Below, piece after piece: positions 1-5,402 of a stretch of DNA of 7,389 bases. Every line of letters begins with the position of its first letter. Within the stretch, counting starts at the first letter, position 1. The stretch is from NCBI RefSeq assembly GCF_000150275.1, contig NW_002061241.1:1-7389 (forward strand). The letters run 5' to 3'. Source of the DNA: Trichoplax adhaerens. Taxonomy: Eukaryota; Animalia; Placozoa. A program made the position numbers and the translations under genes. The notes under the pieces were generated by a model, which worked only from the letters and a program-made list of their open reading frames with translations, had not been told where the DNA came from and ran no database searches.

Positions 1-15
1 TATTATTTTCTATAC

Positions 16-105
16 CTTTAATCCACCCTTAGGATTGTTTCGGATTAATAAATCGCGAACTTGTTCATTGTAAATTTCCAACATACTGAACGTAACTTCA
101 TATTT
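16..105 (-). CDS. KIF28: Gene A exon 9 (KYEVTFSMLEIYNEQVRDLLIRNNPKGGLK)
   Basis: ggacag| 90 nt |gtatag; EIYNE..RDLL motif. Confidence 0.96.
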
Positions 106-2268
106 CTGTCCAAATCCAATATAACAAATATCAGTAACTCGTCAGAATAGAGTGCTATTTATTATCTAAGAGTCTCGAAGTTTACAATCTTCGATTTGTG
201 TTACTTATTAACTAATTACTCTATATAGTAGTTTATTACAGTTAGATTTATCTATTACCGTATCTCCTTTATCTGCTTCGATTGCTTTAAATAATTCGTC
301 ACAAGTGATAGGTACGATTCCCCTTAAAGTTATGTAGTACTTATGATTAGATAGTAGATATTTGTAAAACCGTACTGAGTCTATTAAACTATTATAAACT
401 TATAAAAGCTGACAAGATCGATATTAGAAGTTTTTTAATATCGTAAAGAAACGCGATCGTATACTATTTAGTAAGTAGATTAACTTACTTATTTGGACCG
501 TAACCGACCATAGAATAAGATTTACCAGACCCGGTCTGACCATAGGCGAAAAGTGAACAGTTATAACCTATATCAATACAGTAGTGTTAAAGTATAAATC
601 AGGTTATGAGACCAGCTCCTATTTTATTATACTGTATTCTATTATAAGTATCGATTTCATAAAGTATTAATAGATCAATGACAAGGCGATGATGATAAAA
701 TATTAATATCTAGATCGTAATACCTTCGAATGCGTTATTTAAAACACCTTGTCCAAGATCGTCAAATACAGCACGTTGTGATGCATACTTGGGGCCCGTA
801 CCGACAAGGACACCATTATCGTCTTCGATGAATCCATCATGAGACCTTTAATAAATACAATAATCAATTTTACTTTTATTACACGAAATACGAATAAACT
901 GTATATTAGTATATGCCAGTATTAAAGTACGAGTATATACAGTATAAGAGCTAGCATGAATTATTACTCTACTTCGTATACGCGTATAGTATAGTTACTT
1001 TATCCCATTTCTTATACGATAAATTTATAGTTCGCTATTACAATTACAAAACAAACAAATATCATGTGGATCATTAAATTTAATACTACAGATTGATGAA
1101 TTATTTTTTACGATATGTAATAAATTTGCTTACCAATACGAATAATCAAATGTGAACTTAATTTTGAATGATGAATTAGGGCAGTAGATAGTTATAATGT
1201 AGTAAAGAAGAAAAAGTTATGATTATCTCATTTATAGACTATTATTACTATATTGATACAATTGGCTGTATAGTATAGAGTAGACGATCTGAAGTTAATT
1301 TGCATTATTCTCAGCCATAATTTACGATATTATACAATTAACTGCGGTTATTTTCCACACTTACTCGTTTCGGTTCTGCCTCTGTTCGATTCCATCATAA
1401 AAATTAGGAAATTAAATAAAAGCAACATTCGATTAAATCGCAGATTGGAACAAAGAAAAAATCAGATTATTAAAGCTATGAAGGATTTGATTGCTATACG
1501 AGATATGTGTAGAACATGCATTTATGTACCGTACCGTATTATTAATTCATTTTTATAAAATAGATTATAAGAATGGACTACTTGATTTGTAAATACTTAT
1601 TGATGTTATGAGAAAAAATTAGGTAATCCATCCATAAATCGTCACTAATGTTGATATACTCAATGACAGTCTATCAATTTCATTCGCTTAGACGTACTAG
1701 TATTTTCGGGATCAATTAAGGAGGTCTGAGGACCAGCCATTTCCACGATAAGCTTGGCATTTCTCTCTTTCTCACTAAAAGAATGGAAAATACTATCAGT
1801 TAGAAAATTTGTTTTTAATTATCTTGATCGTAATAACTATTCAGTACACAAGTTACAACCGTTACTAGTACTTTTTCCGCTCGATGAAAAATGAATAATA
1901 TTGTAGTACGCGTAATGTAAAAATAAGATGTAGACGCTATGCGATTCGTTATTATCCATCCAAGTTATAAAAGTTAGACTCGTATCATGATTGGATAAAT
2001 GTACACTAATGTTCTAGGAATACTCTTATCAAAAAAATAGAAAGTTTATCCCTTACCGAGAGTTGAAAGGACGAACACGAACGGCTACTTTAACACTATA
2101 TTGAAAGAAGATAAATTAATCCATCATGATAACGACCGAATGAAAATGATGAAAAATAAAATAATCCATCTCTTAATGGATAGATGGACAGGTACGAAAG
2201 AGGGAAAAATATTCTTCTACTTTAAAAATTATCATTTGATTTTAGTTTACATACGCTTCTCCGCTCAT
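16..2268 (-). CDS. KIF28: Gene A: kinesin-3 family, KIF28/KLP-6-like motor protein, 5' part (9 exons, continues beyond the left edge). join complement(2255..2268,2057..2095,1698..1774,1365..1381,1134..1156,724..845,489..567,259..322,16..105)
   Basis: Manual splicing at GT-AG junctions keeps phase across all 8 introns (525 nt, 175 aa): MSGEAVKVAVRVRPFNSREKERNAKLIVEMAGPQTSLIDPENTKAEPKRFTFDYSYWSHDGFIEDDNGVLVGTGPKYASQRAVFDDLGQGVLNNAFEGYNCSLFAYGQTGSGKSYSMVGYGPNKGIVPITCDELFKAIEADKGDTKYEVTFSMLEIYNEQVRDLLIRNNPKGGLK. It carries the kinesin motifs VAVRVRP, P-loop GQTGSGKS and EIYNEQVRDLL, and the kinesin-3 signature FTFDYSYWSHD. WSHDGF and SMVGYGPNKGIVP fit the KIF28 subfamily from recalled sequences; no database search was run. 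Confidence 0.93.
259..322 (-). CDS. KIF28: Gene A exon 8 (GIVPITCDELFKAIEADKGDT)
   Basis: ctttaag| 64 nt |gtaata; matches the kinesin GIIPRxxxxLF helix. Confidence 0.95.
489..567 (-). CDS. KIF28: Gene A exon 7, P-loop (YNCSLFAYGQTGSGKSYSMVGYGPN-K)
   Basis: gatatag| 79 nt |gtaagt; Walker A motif of kinesins. Confidence 0.97.
724..845 (-). CDS. KIF28: Gene A exon 6 (SHDGF...VFDDLGQGVLNNAFE-G)
   Basis: attaaag| 122 nt |gtatta; in frame. Confidence 0.95.
1134..1156 (-). CDS. KIF28: Gene A microexon 5, 23 nt (FTFDYSY-W)
   Basis: aattaag|TTCACATTTGATTATTCGTATTG|gtaagc; conserved kinesin-3 motif. Confidence 0.93.
1365..1381 (-). CDS. KIF28: Gene A microexon 4, 17 nt (K-AEPKR)
   Basis: gaacag|AGGCAGAACCGAAACGA|gtaagt. 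It is needed to reconcile the phase-1 end of exon 3 with the phase-0 start of exon 5, and supplies the expected EPKR before FTFDYSYW. Confidence 0.8.
1698..1774 (-). CDS. KIF28: Gene A exon 3 (EKERNAKLIVEMAGPQTSLIDPENT)
   Basis: tcttttag| 77 nt |gtacgt; in frame with exon 2. Confidence 0.9.
2057..2095 (-). CDS. KIF28: Gene A exon 2 (VKVAVRVRPFNS-R)
   Basis: aatatag| 39 nt |gtaagg; kinesin N-terminal RxRP motif. Confidence 0.95.
2255..2268 (-). CDS. KIF28: Gene A coding exon 1 (MSGE-A), start codon
   Basis: tcaagATGAGCGGAGAAGC|gtatgt. The phase-2 end joins exon 2 to give MSGEAVKVAVRVRPFN, a typical kinesin-3 N-terminus. Confidence 0.8.
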
Positions 2269-2390
2269 CTTGACAATCGTTTATAGATTTTAATGGATCT
2301 GTTAACGAGTAGATAGGGGGAGAATTATAATCAACAAAAAAGTAAGACGACGAAAGGTAACTCGCCCTCTGCTTGGACAATTGCTCTATG

Positions 2391-2404
2391 GTTTCCATAT
2401 CAAC
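2391..2404. promoter_or_regulatory. Candidate RFX X-box upstream of gene A
   Basis: GTTTCC-AT-ATCAAC has one mismatch to the X-box consensus RYYNYY-WW-RRNRAC and lies 123-136 nt upstream of the ATG. Confidence 0.5.
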
Positions 2405-2458
2405 GCTAAATTTACCTACCGCAGTTATTGGTTCAAATTTGTCATACATTATTCAACG

Positions 2459-2505
2459 TTACGTCATAGCCACATGGATCGCGTTGAATAGCAACGCCAT
2501 TGGCT
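2459..2505. promoter_or_regulatory. Cluster: CRE-like site, second X-box-like inverted repeat and CCAAT box
   Basis: TTACGTCA (2459-2466); GCGTTG-AATAG-CAACGC (2481-2497) containing the RFX half-site TAGCAAC; AGCCAATG on the minus strand (ATTGG 2499-2503). Confidence 0.42.
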
Positions 2506-3336
2506 AACGAATTGCAGTCTAATGATACAATCTATAAATAGAATTTTCAGTTTTTTAGACAAGGAAAGGAAAAAAATGACATCTTGGTCAATAAGAGTTC
2601 AAATCCAATATACAAACAACGTGGAGTCCTCGATACAAAATGTCTGAGTAGAAACACAATATATAGGAACGTTGTATAGTCGTATAGCTGACTGGAGTAG
2701 CCAACATAGAAGTACAACGCTGCATTGTACAACCATTGTATCGAAGGGCCGGCATACTGTATCTATGTTTCACCTTAATTAATTACCACTGATTGTCTGT
2801 GTTTACGGTCTACGATGGATTAATGGAGATTAAGCTGATGACGGTTTAGACTGGGTCTCCAGATCTGATCGAAGTAATACAATCATCAATCCTGTAGTGG
2901 CAAACTGTCGATTCAATTATGATTCTAAATCTGCTTGATCTTGATATCAATGTTGTTGTACGTAGGTCATTGGCAAGATGGAATAGCAGGATTGATACTA
3001 TCCTTAATGAAGACAATATTCCGATTGATGCAATGTTGTTTATCCTTAATGAATGATCTACTGTAGCGTGTGGATAGTCTGCATGAGTCAATGGCACTGA
3101 AGTTAGTTTTAGCAACGGTATCGGTCATTGACTTTCAATAAATCAATGCACTGTACACACTGTATTCTCAAATTAAAATAACCATATGTAGAAAAATAAT
3201 AAACTATTATTCTTGGGGTTTCTCTAAACACGTTTTGCTACTTTAACAAAGCCCTCCGTTACACTATTCGACATTGAATTCACTTGTTAAGGATTCTCTT
3301 CATTTTGCGACAGAATTTATATATCTAGACATGCAC

Positions 3337-3352
3337 TTTTTTGGGGGGGGGG
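3337..3352. repeat. Homopolymer run T6-G10
   Basis: ttttttgggggggggg read directly. Confidence 0.8.
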
Positions 3353-4624
3353 AAATTAATGATAAAATATGAAACATTGTAACCTCCTATACTACATGTA
3401 TCATCTAGAAAATCATGTAAGTTGTGTACTACTCTTCAACGGTTCCGGCATCCGATTTTAAGTTGAATAAGTACCCATCAAGGAGTCAAGTACCGATCTA
3501 CCATTTACGTCATTTTCTATAGGCATTGTGTAATTATTGACGCCTTTGGGCTAGAATTAAAACAGCTTGTTATTGTCATTCCTATGACGCTCTATAGCGA
3601 GGTGTAACTGTAATAAACGATTTTATAAAAGATGGAATATCTCGATTGAAATATCTTTCTACTTTTCTTTGTATTTCACGATTTCCTTGGGCTGCATTTT
3701 GTAGCTTTTTCATCGGACGCGACATGCAAACAGGCTATCTTGCACACCTAGCATTAACCATAAATATCTTGTGCATCCCAACCTGAATTAACAGTCCAAA
3801 TGGCTCAGTTTTCACTGTTTAACGGTGACGGTAATATGATAGAAAAGTGTCTGCCTACTACAGTAACGATTCTAATAGTAAAGTAAACAATTGATTCTAT
3901 TTAATTATTACAGCTAAATAAGCGAGCGAACATTTTACTTACTTACCACTAACTCAGACACTGAGTGCATGTTGCTCAATCGAGATAGAACTTTCAGAAA
4001 ATGGTTTACTCGATCTGATCTCGATGGCACCCATTTCCAATGAGTGGTGCCAACATGAACAACTAAGCGTGGAAACACAACGACTACTGTACCACAGTAG
4101 CCTGTAGAGATCATAACGATTACTTCTATGGTACAGATATTGCATCCAGTTGATAGGACGCCTACCAAATACGGTCATATCAATCGAGTAGGCTTCGTGA
4201 TTTAACGTAGCGACCTCGAAGATTTTTTCTCTTAAGAGAAGAAGTCTCACTCAACACTACTGTAGCTGTAGCGGGGCGAAAAATTGGTGCATTTGTAAAT
4301 TACAATCGCAATGTAGCATTGATTTAAGGTGTAGCCATTGTCATTTTTAGTTTTAGTAATCTCGTAAGAATGTGAAAGCGTAAATGCAACAGTGATCATA
4401 GAGAGAAAATCGAGCGTTGGCAGTTGTCAAGTTTCATTTACACTCTGGAGATTCCAAGTCCTGAATTATCAGGCAATCATATAGGGTCTCCATGGATTAC
4501 GACATTCTTAGTATTGGATTACGTCCAGTGTTGCAAGATAGCAAATGAAGTAGTAGTTAACTTAATAAGTTGGTGTAATATTGTGATCTGTATTAGAATT
4601 CGATATTGATCGATTTTATGTTAG

Positions 4625-4684
4625 CGCCATCTTGGATCGGTCGCGAGACTGTTGTTTAAACTGCGACGATTGGGTTCAGATTGG
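4625..4684 (-). promoter_or_regulatory. Orphan promoter-like cluster (YY1-like AAGATGGCG, TCGCGAGA, two CCAAT boxes)
   Basis: CGCCATCTT 4625-4633, TCGCGAGA 4641-4648, ATTGG 4669-4673 and 4680-4684, within a CpG-rich patch. Confidence 0.3.
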
Positions 4685-5259
4685 TCACACCGCAGGCCGA
4701 GAATGACCTACTTACTGTATATGAGAATATTTGTGTTAGAGTTTGGTTCAAAATATGTTGACAAATATGATGGGTCCGGATCGTATAAAACTGTCTTGGA
4801 GAGAGAGCTAAGTAACCTCTCAGATTTGTCAAGTAGAGATTGCCAGATTAACGTTCTACTATTAGCTATAGCCTTTTTATTGCTAATTTTTCGTAACCTT
4901 TTTATGTATGTAATAAAGTTATTCTTACTCTAAGGCACTCAGTTTCAGCATTACTGTGAACCAGTAGTTCGGAATAATTTAGGAGTAACAATTATTACAG
5001 TTGGTCTGTGAATTATTGAAGCGATTATCTTAGTTAATCCATTGGTAAGCTATTCCAGCTCAGTCATACAGTCATTCTACTGAACGGTAATAGTATAACA
5101 GTAGCACTGTAGTATCATTTTTAGATAGAGAGGAGGGTTTAGTCCTTGATAGGAGCACTGAAATCTTGACTACGAACAAAACCAACCTAGCAGCTTATTT
5201 ACACGGCAATCATGGACAGTCGAATTGAACAAAATCAATGTTGATCAAGCGTTAATTAA

Positions 5260-5265
5260 TTTAAT
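5260..5265 (-). terminator. Candidate polyadenylation signal (ATTAAA) of gene B; alternative AATAAA at 4876-4881
   Basis: Hexamers on the minus strand about 36 nt and about 420 nt after the stop codon. These are common by chance in AT-rich DNA. Confidence 0.25.
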
Positions 5266-5300
5266 ACCATGAAATGATATCAACTTTTAGCTTCATTGCC

Positions 5301-5402
5301 TTATTGAATATTACAGGCTTTGCTGTTTTTAACATCGCTTCCAGCACTCGCAGTAGAACCAAAGTCTTGAGATTGTCTGGCCAATTTCTGACCTTGAATT
5401 AT
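5301..5402 (-). CDS. KIF28: Gene B terminal coding exon ending in CaaX (SKACNIQ*)
   Basis: aattgcag|ATAATTCAAGGT...GCCTGTAATATTCAATAA; 33 codons plus TAA. Confidence 0.83.
   Translation of the reverse strand: MIQGQKLARQSQDFGSTASAGSDVKNSKACNIQ

Noticed and set aside
977-988. Perfect 12-bp palindrome TATACGCGTATA in intron 5 of gene A
   Set aside because: About one such palindrome is expected by chance in 7 kb, and there is no supporting context.
2463-2467. Alternative first exon ATGAC|gtaacg (MTVKVAVR) for gene A
   Set aside because: Phase-compatible, but it has a weaker donor and lies among the promoter motifs. MSGEA|gtatgt at 2255-2268 fits the family N-terminus better.
2835-2875. CTGATGA as a hammerhead ribozyme core or snoRNA C box
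   Set aside because: No GAAA follows the candidate stem II, and the next CTGA is only about 30 nt away, too short for a C/D snoRNA.
2101-3115. Supplied ORFs 2101..2286, 2222..2449, 2547..2732, 2588..2773 and 2846..3115
   Set aside because: Short, with no recognisable motifs and several with non-ATG starts. They overlap intron 1, exon 1 or the promoter of gene A, or spacer DNA, and are expected by chance.
3421-3548. Possible H/ACA snoRNA on the minus strand (hairpin, ATAGAA, hairpin, ACA)
   Set aside because: The first hairpin is too small, the hinge too long, and the pocket-to-ACA spacing does not fit.
4629-4640. 12-nt match ATCTTGGATCGG shared with 6550-6561
   Set aside because: The second copy lies within coding sequence and the match does not extend, so it is likely coincidence.
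5134-5142. AGGGTTTAG telomere-like or telo-box motif
   Set aside because: Single copy, plant-type repeat, no array.
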